Part shown: positions 1 to 12,100 of the stretch, piece by piece
Layout of the letters: each line of letters starts with the position of its first letter
Position numbering within the stretch: position 1 is the first letter of the stretch
Translations under genes and position numbers: made by a program
Origin: Raillietiella orientalis
Taxonomy: Eukaryota
Assembly: GCA_036172245.1 (NCBI GenBank)
Contig: JAYWIR010000042.1
Coordinates: 186,001-250,000 of the forward strand
Reading direction: 5' to 3'
DNA: 64,000 nt
The notes under the pieces: model-generated
What the model saw: only the letters and a program-made list of their open reading frames with translations
Told to the model about the DNA's origin: nothing
Database searches by the model: none

Positions 1-126
1 CAGAATCGGGTCATCCTACGCGCTGCTCCCAAGTACGTGGGAACTCGGTGTGGTGTTGGAGGAGCTCGTCGTGGAGGGACGCATCGGCACGAGCTTTGGC
101 GACAGTGGAATCCCTGTTAGCCTGGA

Positions 127-1440
127 TCACGAGGAATTAAGGGACACTCGAAAACCTGAACCAGATGACGATGTGTGCCAGTGCACAACGTAGCCGGGGC
201 ATGTCTTTTCAGCCATCGGCAGCGATGAACAAGTGTCCATGATGATCACGGATACAGCATCACTCTTTTCGCTGGATGGTGCGTGTGACGAGCTCCAACG
301 AAAACTTTGAGTAGACACTGCCTCCGCGAGCTTTCTCTGCGGGGGGAGTTTTCTTCAAAGCCTCTTCCGATGTCTCCTGGAGCTGCTGCAACCTGTTCTA
401 GGCGAACAGAAGTCTTTCGTCCACCGTAGTCCAGGAAACGGAAGGAGTCTGTTGCTCGCTCAGGATCGCGTCAGCTGGTCTTTTAAGCCGTTTGTACCGC
501 GCTTGGAAACTCGAAATTCACCAGAGGCTGGGTCCCCAGCCGCTCGAGTGCCGGTTCGCCCTCTGTGTGTGGCTCGCGCACCCCGCGTACGTGGAGCTCA
601 TGGATATGTGTCATCCTCGGTTCACCTCAATGGGAGGACTTCAGTGTGTGGGTGGTGCAAGTCCATCCACATGGATTACCAAACGATTCGAGCGAAAGGC
701 CATTCTTCCCCTCCCCCCTCCCTCTACGGAAGATATCCCGGTTCTAGCTCCTCCATTGCTATAGCGATGTCTTCGTTTTGTTCAGAGCTTCTGACGAGTG
801 CTGAGCCACATGCGCTTAGCGACGACCTTCGCACCTCACCGATGCGGTGCAGATGTTCTGCAGAACGAGCGCACGTTGTGATGTATGTAGGTTTTCTCGC
901 TTCCGCACAGATGCTATCTGGCATCTTTATCGAACGTGCGGGTCCATGCCCTTGGATCTGTTCTTTCCTTCCTTGCCTCGCTCGCCGCCATTGCCCAACC
1001 TGGAGGAAGGAATGGCGCTTTCACTGCTCCTTCCGCCAAGTTGGGCAACAGCAAAGAGGTCGCCTCACAAGACTTCGAGGTCGTGATTCCATGGAAGCTG
1101 GGCTTTTCCGACCACTTCACGAGTCCCCAGTCTTCCGTTTCCCGCACTCGGGGGAGGGAGGGGTAGAGGACGTAGGTGGGACCTGCTCGTCAGGGGGAGA
1201 TCCCGCGGTACCGAGGCGAGCACGGAAGTTAGCAGGCGACCTGAAGGCAACCGTGCATCTTTCCCTCCTTCTCATGCCGAGGAAAGACGCCCAGCTGATC
1301 GCCAAGTACGACTGGTAAACCCACATGCCCTTAGGTGGCTTCCCATGAAAGCTGAAAGCGCTCGTCACCCTGTCCTGGCTCGCTGGAGAGCGCGAACGTC
1401 TGCGCGAATGCCGAACGACGATGGCATGCGATGCCAACTA
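127..1440 (-). mobile_element. Decayed L1/Tx1-like LINE: ORF1 remnant (~1440-1100) and AP-endonuclease start of ORF2 (~900-130)
   Basis: Frameshifted minus-strand remnants appear in the expected order: PECGK zinc-knuckle-like, HNVRSF (~T.NVRG), TYAG (~NVYAP), SGEF (~GDFN), SVRLEQ (~SRLD), RDH (~SDH), GSGFRVSLNSS (~G.G.WKLN.S). Matched by eye only. Confidence 0.4.
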
Positions 1441-2439
1441 GCTGTAAGTTCATCCGATGCTTCCGGTCTCCCTGTCAAAGTCCGAACCGGGAGCTGAAGT
1501 CTGCCATGAGGACCGTCCCATGCAGACGAGAGCTGCTGCTCTCTCCTCAGCGTGGCGCCTGCAATGGGATGTCTTTCGTTGGCTTCTAACACGTGCGTTC
1601 GCTACTGAGCGCTGCCGTTTCCACTGTTTCACGCGGATATAACGTGCCAAGGACACTGTGGGTGTTTCGTCTCTTTCGAAAGCACCGGGACCGCTGGACC
1701 CCTGGATTTCCTCTTCCCTATTCCTCAACCAGGTGCAGAAGAGAAGTCCCTCCTTCCAAACGCCATCGCGGGTACAAGGAGGGACTGTGTGCCAAGATGA
1801 CGCATTTTGTTCTCGCTGCCTAAAGAAAGAGTCGCTTTCCTTTCCAAGTTCCTCAATACATCCTTCTGTAGGATCCAGATCCATTTGTTATTCTTCTTCA
1901 GACTGACCGCATCCCTCTGGGAGGATGGTGCCTGAAGCTCCAAAATCGCACGGCCTGCCGGTTCTCAGTCTTGCTCTATTCCTCTTCTGAGAGAAATTCA
2001 CGACCTGGGGTCGTGCTGGGGTATCGTCTTCTGGGCGTCAACATTCTTTGCTGAATTCCAGATCGGTTCGTCGGCAAGAGTCATCAGTTCTTTTCTTTCT
2101 TTTCACTCCTTTGTCAATCCGCGATCTGGAGCCCAGTTTGAGTATGTCTTCCAGACCATCTGTCATCAAGCTGAAGCGGTACTCTGAAGTGTCTATCTTC
2201 GATACACATTGGTCAGTAGGGCACCTCTCCGGGACTCAGCACGACATCTTCTCCAGCCTCCAGCATCGAGCAGGTTGCTCGCAGTCACCTTGCTGCTGGG
2301 ACAAAAGGAGACTAGGATCTCGGAGACAGTCCCAAGGAGGCGGGAACTCTCCTTGCCGATCTTCTGTTTTACGTGCTGAACACTCGCTGGGAGCATCATT
2401 CGCTTTGCCTGGAGTGCTCCACACAGCGCAATCCAAGAG

Positions 2440-3330
2440 CCCTCCTACGAATCTGGATGCCATTTCCAAGCAACCGAATGCCTGCCTTTCCGTAAACGAG
2501 GATCAGAAACAAAACCGGACGATTTGTTGTTCTTCCTGACCAGGTAATGCAGATCTCCAGATTCTTGTGTTGACCTTCCTCTCGTCAGAGCTGAAGATCC
2601 AGATTTCCTAAAGATCGAACCACATGGTACGTTCCTTCGAAACAAGAGAGAAACTCTTCCAGGACAGAACTGATACTCCATGAAGGCACCCTCGAACCAG
2701 CTAAACCTGGAAAATTCCCCCTCCAGAGGGGATCTTCAGCCAGCGTTCCCGAGTCTTTTGCGACGGGCACGTTGGATGGTAGCCAAGGCGTCATGTCTCC
2801 AGTTCTGACCTTCACATTCTGACCAGTGCGTGCTTTTCCGCGCATCAAAGAGTTATCCGACCGAGTACGCTGCCTCCTGCAGTGCACCAGTTCATCCGTC
2901 CTATCTGCATGCCCCTGCTTCCCGCCACCATCTAGAGGGCAAGTTTGCAGGAAGTCGACTTCCTGCAAAGTTGCCCTCTGAGCGGAAAGTTTTTCCACAA
3001 GCGAGCAGGCGTGGGAATCTTCTCGAGGCGCCGTCGAAATGACTCCAAGGTGAGTTTCCTTCGCTCCTGCCGTCTGGGATGGCGCGGCTGCACGAAACTT
3101 TTTTTCTCCTGGTCGGTATCGAGAACGAATTTTCTGGAGAGGTAGTTCCGACCTGCCTTCTGGTGGACGGCACAGCCGGTTGAAGGCCATCCCTTCTCCA
3201 CGGTATCGTGATCGCGACGTACTTCCACAGAACGTATCCTTTGCTTCTCGACCTTTTGGCTAGAACCAAAGTGCAGAACGCTGCCTTCCGTTTGGGGTTT
3301 TTCCCCGACCTCCCTTGTCGTACCCGCAAT
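2440..3330 (-). mobile_element. Decayed L1/Tx1-like LINE, ORF2 C-terminal part
   Basis: KAAFCTLVLAK, VLW...MAFNRLCRPPEG (~F.W....LC.P..EGG) and a downstream FCPG..LF zinc-finger-like remnant; broken by frameshifts. Confidence 0.4.
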
Positions 3331-5727
3331 CTTTGGAGCCCTTACGTTGAATGGGTGGTGTCTCGTGATTGGATGTGGGGCTGATGTCCGTCCTCCTCTC
3401 CTATATGAAGCGTCCTCTTCAACTCCTGGCCACCGTTTGACTGTTTCATTGTTCGTAGTGATGCGGAAGCGTCGTCGGCATGGATCGGCATCGGCGATGC
3501 ACGTCTTCAGGGAGTGGGATTTCCCTGGTTAATCAGAGTAGTCCACGGGAGGAGCGGCCTCCTCCTCCCTCCCCGACGGACTCGAAAGCTCTCATCTTTG
3601 ATGGAATACTGGCGCTCAGCTTTGCTTTAAGCTCACCGCACCCTCGGGCTGAGGATGAGGATTGCCCTCGGCAACAAGATGGAACCCTTGCTGACGCCCA
3701 CAACAAGCGCTTCCTTCCTCTCGGGTTCAGGGTTCAGGTAGAATTTCATTTTGTAATCCCTCCACTCCTTCCAAAGACCCACTTTCGAGGGATCACTTCG
3801 GTGACCTCACCTCTCTCCCTTGTCATGCAATCCCAGTGGATGCGCACTCCCAAGGTCATTCTTTTTCGGTCTTTCTACCTCCGGACAAGCGCTCCTGGAA
3901 AGAGTCGCTCCGGATGCAAGTGAACCCGGGAGGGGAGGGGAGCAGCAAGTGATGATGGTTGTCGTTTGAGGGATTTTTCCTGCATCTTCGCCGCTCCCAG
4001 CCGTCCCCGGCCTCGCAGCGAGCGCCCTTCGGCTGGCTCCAAGGACAGGAGCCAGCCAGCCAGCCAGAAGTTTTCTGTGCTCCAGGGCCGAGAGGAATCT
4101 TCTCATCAGTTCTCGAAAGATGTTCTCTTTCTAAACTGAGATTACCAACCCATCAATTACGTTTGCACATTTCACTTTCAGAGGATACATTTTCGCTACC
4201 GTGGCAACGGCTAATTAACCGGATGGAGCAAACCAACAAAACTGTGATGAAAAAAGAGAGATTTCCCGTAGGAACGAAAGTGGGAAAACCTCCATAGCGA
4301 GTTAATGAGCTCGATCTTCAGATGACCAGTGACCTCTCCCGCGATCATAAATTGAGGAGTCATTCATTCTCTGCTCTGGAAAAGCGCTGCATCCATTAAC
4401 CCTTTTTAAAGAAAACAGCTTTCGCCTACTCGTGGTACTTCACCAAGGAAGTCAGCTTCTTTCTTTTTTTTAGAAAGCGGAGCGTCAGATCCTGGCGTCG
4501 AGACCTGATGGATTCCGATTTGTCTCTACAAAAGGACAAGGAATCAAACTGTCCTGGATTTTTTATGCATACCATCTGCAAAGAAATCAGGGTTTCTGCA
4601 CACAAAAGGTACTTTATCTCCGCAAACGTGCAGCTGGTTTCAGACTGCATCTGTGGATCGCAAACCGCGGCTTCGCACGTGGAAACCACAAGACGATGGT
4701 CGTTTGATCCACGGAAGCGACAGCCATGGAAGTTCGCGAAGATAAAAAAGAGATAAAAAAAACTCTGCATTTTTATGAAGCTCCACGGAGATCCCCCAAG
4801 TCCGACGGGCTACCTGCTTTGATTCGTAGAGTCCTTCGTCTGCGCCTGGAGGGAAGGGCGCTCCCTGTACGTCTCTCCGCTACACGCGGTCTCGCCCCTG
4901 GCACCCTCACCTTTTCGCATGCAGTGCAGTTCATCATGAAGGGCACAAGGCAGACATAAGGACTGGTTCTTGGGGAGGAAAATGCAGCCAACTGGAGCAC
5001 TTACGCATTTTGCCGCATCTTTTTCGCTTACTGCTCCAGTCCATCTTGAGATGGCACACATTTTCATGAGCAGGGATACATTGAGACACTTCCTGCTATG
5101 GTGCAGGATTCAGAACGCGTCTTGAACGTGGCGGACATTCACATTCCGTGTACGCTGTGTGAAAATACGTGGAACGAAACACGCAGAGAAATACTCACGG
5201 GCGTGCAGAGGATCCGCGCGCCCTTCCTCTTTTTCTTCAGGTGTGCTCGTCCCTGCGGAGCGCGATCTTTGCCAGCGGCACACCCATGCAACGCAATGCG
5301 CACAGTCAAGGAGTGTTAGCAGCGTGCGCTCGAACGATTTCTGGCACACCGTGACGTCTCCGTCGTTCAGCGAACATACAAACGACGCATTTTTGCAAGT
5401 GTTCGCCTACACACAGGACACGTGCACAGGGTTTTTTCCCTCCTGCCTGAAAAGCCAAAAAAGCATCCAGCACGCGGCGGCGGTAAAGTTACCCGGAGCC
5501 ACTACTAGAACGAGCTCCATGATGGGAGGAGTGCTCGTGTGGCAGTGGTGGGACCACGGAGAGCTCGCACGAAGGGCCCCATTTCCAGCACCCTCGTACT
5601 GAGTGGCTTTCAATCACTCGGCAAATTCTGGTTCATAGGAACATCTGTTTGTACGAACCACCGCGTGCTTAAGCGGCAGTATTCGATTTGCCTGAAGTTC
5701 CCAGAGCTTCCCCGAAGTTGAGCTCCA

Positions 5728-5980
5728 AGGAACTGTTTTTCACCCGCATTTTTTCCTCTCTTTTTTTTCCGGGTTTCCTCTTTTTCTTCGGGTCCCAAGG
5801 AGTGCTGCAGACTTGGGTCTCGCCTTCTTGGAGGGGGGTGTCCATGCCACCTGAGGGCGCGTGTGACTCTTCAAGTTAGGGGGTGATCCGTGAATCCAGG
5901 ATGGGCTCCGGAGGAAGAATTCCTTTCCTATTACCCTTGGAAGGGCCCTCCGAGGGGAACCATCCCTTCTTTATTCCCCC
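5728..5980 (+). repeat. Dispersed repeat family, 5' module (T-tract...GGGTCCCAAG...GAGGGYGCGTGTGACTCTT)
   Basis: Direct nucleotide similarity to 7857-8117 and 8767-8857, and to 50250-50380 and 62630-62770. Confidence 0.8.
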
Positions 5981-7856
5981 CGAGAGTTCGAGAGAAGGAA
6001 TCGCTAAGAAAAAGTGATGAGCGTTTGCAAGAGCAGCAGACATCTATCTACGGACGGTGGGACTGACTTCGACCTCTTGGTCGCGTGCGGTGATTCTTGC
6101 TACTGAGTGCAGCACGGAGCACAGTGCCACGGTCGCGGTCCATTTGAGCCTTCCTCCGCTCTCAATCGCTCGAGAACGCGTTAGGGGAAGCTGAAACACG
6201 GAAAAATCCCGTTTCTTGGAAAACACCCCTTTGGCACCCTACATGGGCTCTGCCATTCCAGGTGGGAACCCCGAAAACTTCTGGACCGATTTCCGAACGG
6301 CTTTCCAGGAAGTTGTCACCGGCAAAAAGCTGCAAGGACCCTCTCCAGGTAAAAACAAAAAACAAAAACAAGAAACAAACACGCTTGCCGCCATGCTGCC
6401 AAAAAACACCCGCAGGAGCGCGCCGTCGGGAACTTTCTGTCTAGATTTCTGGCGTCGCCGCTTCCCGGAGCTTTCACTGCCTGGGGAAGACGCTGGCAAT
6501 GCTGCCCCGGTGTTCCGGGATGCCACTGGGCAATCTTCCCGTTTTCGCTCCGGCGAGCGGAGCGGAGAAATTTCCAGAAAATATCCAAACCTTTGCAGTG
6601 CATCCATAAGTCGAAACGCCCTCTCCATTCTCTCTCGAAAGTGTCTCTTCAAGTGCCGGACGTGACGTAAAAGATGTAATGAGATAACGATCGACCGATG
6701 TAACTTAGTTGTTACATAACGCATGTTTAGAATTTAGCTCAGTTAAATGCTAATGTAATTTTTAATTCACACATGGGTTGAGTGATACGAAACAATGGAA
6801 GAAATGATTGAGATCGCTACTTCTTACCCTTATTCCACCCTTGGTTTGACTTATCGAAGGCAAGAAGGAACGAATGCCACCCTGACCTCCCCCACTGGGC
6901 GAAGAGAGGGATTCCTTGCATTCAGAAGGCCCTCTTTCGGCCTTCTAAAGGGAGGGAGAAGGGAGGGCCGACTTGCTTGTTGCGAGCTTGGTCGGCCAGT
7001 CACGATGGGGTCGGTGGCAGCAGTCGCCACGGTCGGCCGCCCCCCATCCCGACGAGCGACTGCCTCCTTCCGCGCTTCGCGCCCACGAATCGCGCGCGCT
7101 CGGAGCCACCGTCGCACCGCGGCGATGTCCCTCAGCTGCTCCTTGCGCTCTGGATGCTGCTGCTCTCCCTGGATGGACTATCCCCCCCCCCTCTCTCTCT
7201 CTCCTCGCGCAGCCAAAGTATCGCTTTTCTTCACTCGAAACCGGGCTCCTCGTTTCTCCCGGATGCTGCCCCGCTGGGTATCCTCTTTCGTTAGAGCAGG
7301 AGAGCCGCTTCCTGCAGGGACTGCTGCAGACGGCAAGGGGTCGTTTCCGTTGCACCTTTCCTCCCGCCCCTCCCCCAACCCTTGCTTGTGGGTTCCGCCC
7401 TGATGAACTGCCCTTTGGCGGGTTCATGCCGCGCTTCCGAGTAAGGGAGCGAGAGCTTCCCCCTCCTGATCGCCTCCTGTGCCTCCCCAAACGACGCGGA
7501 AGGACGAGCCGAGTCTGGAATTCGAGCAGCCCGGGAAGCGGGGGAGAAGCCTAGGAAGCGAATTCACCGCCGGTTCCAGCCGCTTAAAGCAGCTGGTGGA
7601 TAGTTCTGCCCGCTGCCGCCGCCGGAGCCACTCTCGCTCGCCGTTCAAGGCGGCCAGACGGCACCTGCGGAATCCCGCCATCGTTCCTCCCTCTCCTGGT
7701 TTTCTTTTCGAGGAGGAAAGGGGTTCCGGACCCTGGTCTCAAGGCGCCCCTGGGCCTTCCGATATGCACGGGACGGGATGCTACGAGGGAAAAAATCCTG
7801 GAGAAGACCGAGTCCACGGATCGTCTCTCGAGCCACCGAAGCCCTAGAAAGGCGCT

Positions 7857-8455
7857 GCTGTTTTCTTCCGGATTTTTTTTTTTTTTCCGGGTTTCCTCTT
7901 TTTCTTCGGGTCCCAAGAGTACTTCAGACTCGGATCTCGCCTTCTTGGGGGCGGGGGCACGAAGCTTTTTAACGCTGTCCATGCCACCTGAGGGTGCGTG
8001 TGACTCTTTAAGTTGGGGGATGAGCCATGAATCCAGGGAGGGCTCCGGAGGAAGGATTCCTTTCCTCTTACCCTTGGAAGGGCCCCCGAGAGGAAACATC
8101 CCTTCCTTATTCCCTCCAAGGTGTCCCCTGCAGGGGATGGCACTCCCCCCCACCTCTTTTTCTCCGAAGGAAACCCGGAAGGGAACCGCTCCTCGTTTCC
8201 TTCCCTCTGAAGGATTGCTCCTGGAAGGGAGCAGCGCGCTCCTTCGCAGCTTGAAGAAGACCCACCCCGAGGGGAGTTTCAGCCCTCTTCATGGCAAGCG
8301 ATGAGAAAAAGAAGAAATTGGAAGGGGGAGGGTCTTTCTCCTCCCCCTTCGAGGTGGGAGGTGGCTTCGTTTGCGCAGCCGGAGGGCAACCCCGAAGGGT
8401 TCCTTCATTCCCGGAAGGACTCCGGAGGGTCGAATTCCGATCCCGACTACTCGGC
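7857..8455 (+). repeat. Longer copy of the same dispersed repeat module
   Basis: Shares ATGCCACCTGAGGGYGCGTGTGACTCTT with 5844, and ATTCCYGGRAGGACYCCGGAGGRTC with ~50683 and ~63875. Confidence 0.8.
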
Positions 8456-8503
8456 GGGGGCATCCGGGTATTCAAGCGGGGGGGGGCTTGAAACTCGCGA
8501 CGC

Positions 8504-8589
8504 TCCCCTGGGCGGGGTTCGAACCTGCGACTCTCGCTTGCACCGCGGGCGGAGACGGCAGCCCACGCGGCCGCCAACGCAGGCAGGGA
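8504..8589 (-). other. tRNA-derived (SINE-head-like or pseudo-tRNA) sequence
   Basis: Minus strand has a B-box GGTTCGAACCC inside a T-arm-like stem, a weak A-box (TGGCGGCCGCGTGG) and CCCTG/CAGGG end pairing. No clean cloverleaf. Confidence 0.4.
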
Positions 8590-9146
8590 GGATCCCAGGA
8601 GGGTGGCTGCTGCTGCTGAACCCCTGATGCGCGTTGCCGACTACCGTGAAGGCTGCTGGAGGTGGCGCGGCGAGGGAAGAGCTTCTGCGTTGCCACTAGG
8701 CGTCGCCGAGGGCGGGAGAGCCGTGACTCGAGGGAGGCTTCGGGCTTTGGTGCTCTGGAACTCCTGGGAACTGTTTTCCACCCGGATTTTTTCCTCTTTT
8801 TTTTTTTTTCGGATTTCCTCTTTTTCTTCGGGTCCCAAGGAGTGCTGCAGACTCGGGAGCTGCTCCGCCGCCGCGTGCTGGATGTTTTTTTGGCTTTTCA
8901 GGCGGGGGGAGAGAGAGGGGGGGGCATTTTCCGTGCTCGGTCGAGGGAGGGAGCGGAGGAGAAGCGTTCCTCCCGGAGGCGTTCGCACCGCTGGACGGGA
9001 GGACGAAAAGGGGTGGAGCAGCTCCCCTCGGGTTTCTCTTCCCGCAGGCGTCAGGTTTCCCTGTGCGAGCCCGCGAAGGCAGCGCCACCGTTCACTGGCG
9101 GGGGAGGCAGCAGAAGCAGCGGTGGAGCAGTGGAGACGGCGGCGGC

Positions 9147-12100
9147 ATGGCGCTCGTCCTCAAAGTCGCTCTCCTTCTTTTCCTCCTCCTCTCCCGAGGG
9201 CCGGCCCCCCTCCCCGGATGCGCCCGGGCGGCCCCCCGCGCGGAGCGGCTCCTGCCCCCGTGGTTCGACAAGGCCAAGTTCGGCATCCTCGTCAGCTGGG
9301 GGCTGCCGTCCGTGATCGGCTTCACGCCATTCTCGGAGAACCTCTGGGTGGCGATGAGAGGTAAGCGAGAGGAGTAGGTCGCGCTCCCTCCTGCCTGGCG
9401 GGAAGGTCTCCCATCTCCCTGGAGGGCCCCGAGGCCCTCTACGTTCTCGGAGCACTCTGGGCCCTGCCTCCTCCCCCCCGTGGCAGACGGCCTGTTGGCG
9501 GACTCGCCCGTGCCCGTCGCCAGTGCCCACCCATGGCTGTCCCCCGGCCAGCGAACGGACCACCACCCCCGAGGGAAGTGGGGGGGGGGAGGAAGGCCGA
9601 GAGCTGCGTCCCGAATCCCCACGCGCTCCCGAGGTGCGCTGCTCTGACGACCGCGCGCCACGGTCCCTTGACGCGCGTCCACCGGGACGCCAGCGCGAAG
9701 CGGAATTTCCAGCCAGCATCCCTGGGGAATTTGCGCTTCTCCGGACGCGGAGGAGAGGGGATCCTCGGGCAAAGGAGGAGATCTGTTCGGGGGCACCCGG
9801 TTGTCTCCCTGCCCCAAGGGCTCGATGAAACGCGGGATCTGCGGGAATCCCGGGGCGGCTTCCAAGGCTCTCCAGAAATTCCGCGAGACCTCGCAAGAGC
9901 CCGCACGCGGAAGATTTTTTCGGAGGAGCTGTCCAGGCAACCTGGATCCGACGAGGCAGATGCGGGGATCCACCCTACCGTCTGCCTGCGGTGGCACTCA
10001 GCTGACAAGACGGAATTCATCCTCGCAAGCCCCAGGGGCAGAGGCTGGGACCTTCCCCCTCCTTTCGACCGCTTCCGGGCGGACGGACATCCCGCCGTCT
10101 CCTCCTCTCGGACAGCACCGGCCGCCGCCTCTCCTCGTCATCCACAGCAACCCTTCTTTCCGGTAACTGACAGCGTGCATGAGACGGTCAGCAGTGACGA
10201 GGGGGGAGGGAGGGGACATTTTCCGTCTATCCGCAGTAGCAGCCGCAGCAGCACCTGGTGGTGATCCTGCTGCCCCCGTGAGGAGGCTCTTAGGAAACGA
10301 CAGTGGGCCAAGGAAGTGGAGCAGAGTCCCCCGACTGGCTTCCGCGTTGCTTTCCCCTCCGGGCGCTCGTCCGCTGCTCCCGACCTACTGGTTGCGCGCG
10401 CCTCTTCTCGGCTTGCGGAAGCTGCAGAAGGCAGTGATCCCCACCCTCCCCCAGCGGGATGCACTCCAACCCCATGGCCGCGGACGTGTCGCAAGCTGTT
10501 GCTGCCTCCGCGAGGGGCCGTCTGCTTCCCACAGCACCCTGACCCTGGTACCACGTGTGTGTGTGTGGTGGTGAGGGGTATTCGGAGAAGAGAGCAGCAG
10601 GCTGAAGGGGTCACCCCAGAGCGACCACCCGGAGACACCTCATGGCTGCTGGCGCGCGCAGCCACGAGGTGGAACAAGGCACCTGGGACGAACCCCCCCT
10701 CCTCTGAGGAGGGGAAGCAACGCTGGTAACGAGTCTACCCCGGCGGGAGGTCGAGTCGGGCTGCTGCCTCGACACGGGGACTCGCTCGAGCCGAGGTGCG
10801 CGGGCGGAGGTGGAGGATGCAATCCCTCCTGCCGGCGCAGGAGACACGTTCCCTTCCCTCCCGGGCCTGCCTCGATCTGCGTTCCAGAAGCCAGGAACAG
10901 AGAACTCCTCATCTTCCTGAAGGAGAACCGCCGTCCGATGCTGGGCTACCCAGGGCTGTCGCAGGAATTCAAGGCTCAGGGCTTCAACTCGGACCAGTGG
11001 GCGGCCTCCCTGCGGAGAGCGGGAGCCAGGTGGGTGCCCCGGACCCGGGGTGTGTGCGTGTGCGAGCTCGGAAGGAGGCACTGAAGGAGCAGCTCTGCGC
11101 GCCAGGAACTCGAGGACAGGGAAGCTCCAGCCTCCTGGGTCCTCAATCGCCGTCGCGGTTCCACGGCTGTTCAGGTTCGCCCTGCGGGTTCCGTCCCGAC
11201 GACGTTTGGCCTCGAGGGGGTCGAAGGGGTGGAGGCATTCTTCCACCCCCGACAGCCCTTGGCATGTGTCTACGCGCGCGCGCGTGCTGCTCGTTGGGGA
11301 AGACGGACGGAACTTCCTGCGCGCTCCCGGGACAGGAGAAGGTGGCGACGCTTTCTTGCTATCGAGGCCGCGGCCCCCGCTCCCTTGCCCCTCGAGTAGG
11401 CCGGAGAGCTCCTGCTTCGGTGCTGCCGGCGGTAGGGTTGTGCAGAGCGAACGCCGGCCGGTAGGCGCGCCAGCTGGAAGGGCCGTCCGCGCGGCTACCG
11501 TTGCTCCCGGGCGCCTCCCGCTCGCACGTCGGGACTTTCTCTTCTCCCGCCGCAGGTACGTCCTGATGACTGTCAAGTACCACGATGGATTCTGCCTGTG
11601 GGACTCGCCTTGGTGCGGTTACTGGAGCTCCGCGCGCTCCGGACCGAAGAGGGACCTCGCCAGTAAGGCGGCAGGAAGGCGTAGGGGAGGGGAGGGGGGG
11701 GGGAATAAGGGGGAAACCCGGAGGCCCGAAAGAGCTGCTCTTCCTCCAGAAGAGCTGGCGACGTCCTTGAGGAAGATGGGAGGAATACGGTTTGGAATCC
11801 ACTACACTCTCAAGGAGTGGTACCACCCTCTCTTCCTGTCCGACTCCGGGACGTCCTGGAAGAGCAGGCAGTTCGTCACCGAGAAGGTCATCCCTGAGCT
11901 CAAGGATCTGGTGAGAGATTCTTCCGCTCCCGAGGGGTACTTCCGGGTGGGAAGGGAGCGGTCGCCTGCCGAGCGCCCCGAGACCACTGCGGCGGACCGG
12001 GAGTCTTGGAAGGGAATGGGAAGGGGAGGGAGGAAGGTGGAGGAAGTCCCTGCCATCCGGACCAGCTGCGGAAGTGAGCGCCTCCTTCTGCCACCCCGCG

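Noticed and set aside
1085..1345. Plus-strand EAGLFRP..SPVF...DLK...MPLG resembling a Ty3/DIRS RT
   Set aside because: Motif spacing is too short, there is no YxDD, and the opposite strand gives a more coherent ordered LINE ORF1/endonuclease series.
6795..11576. Many long Arg/Pro/Gly/Ser-rich six-frame ORFs (e.g. 9092-9997, 10611-11576)
   Set aside because: Expected in GC-rich DNA with few stops; no domain motifs; they overlap real exons or LINE remnants.
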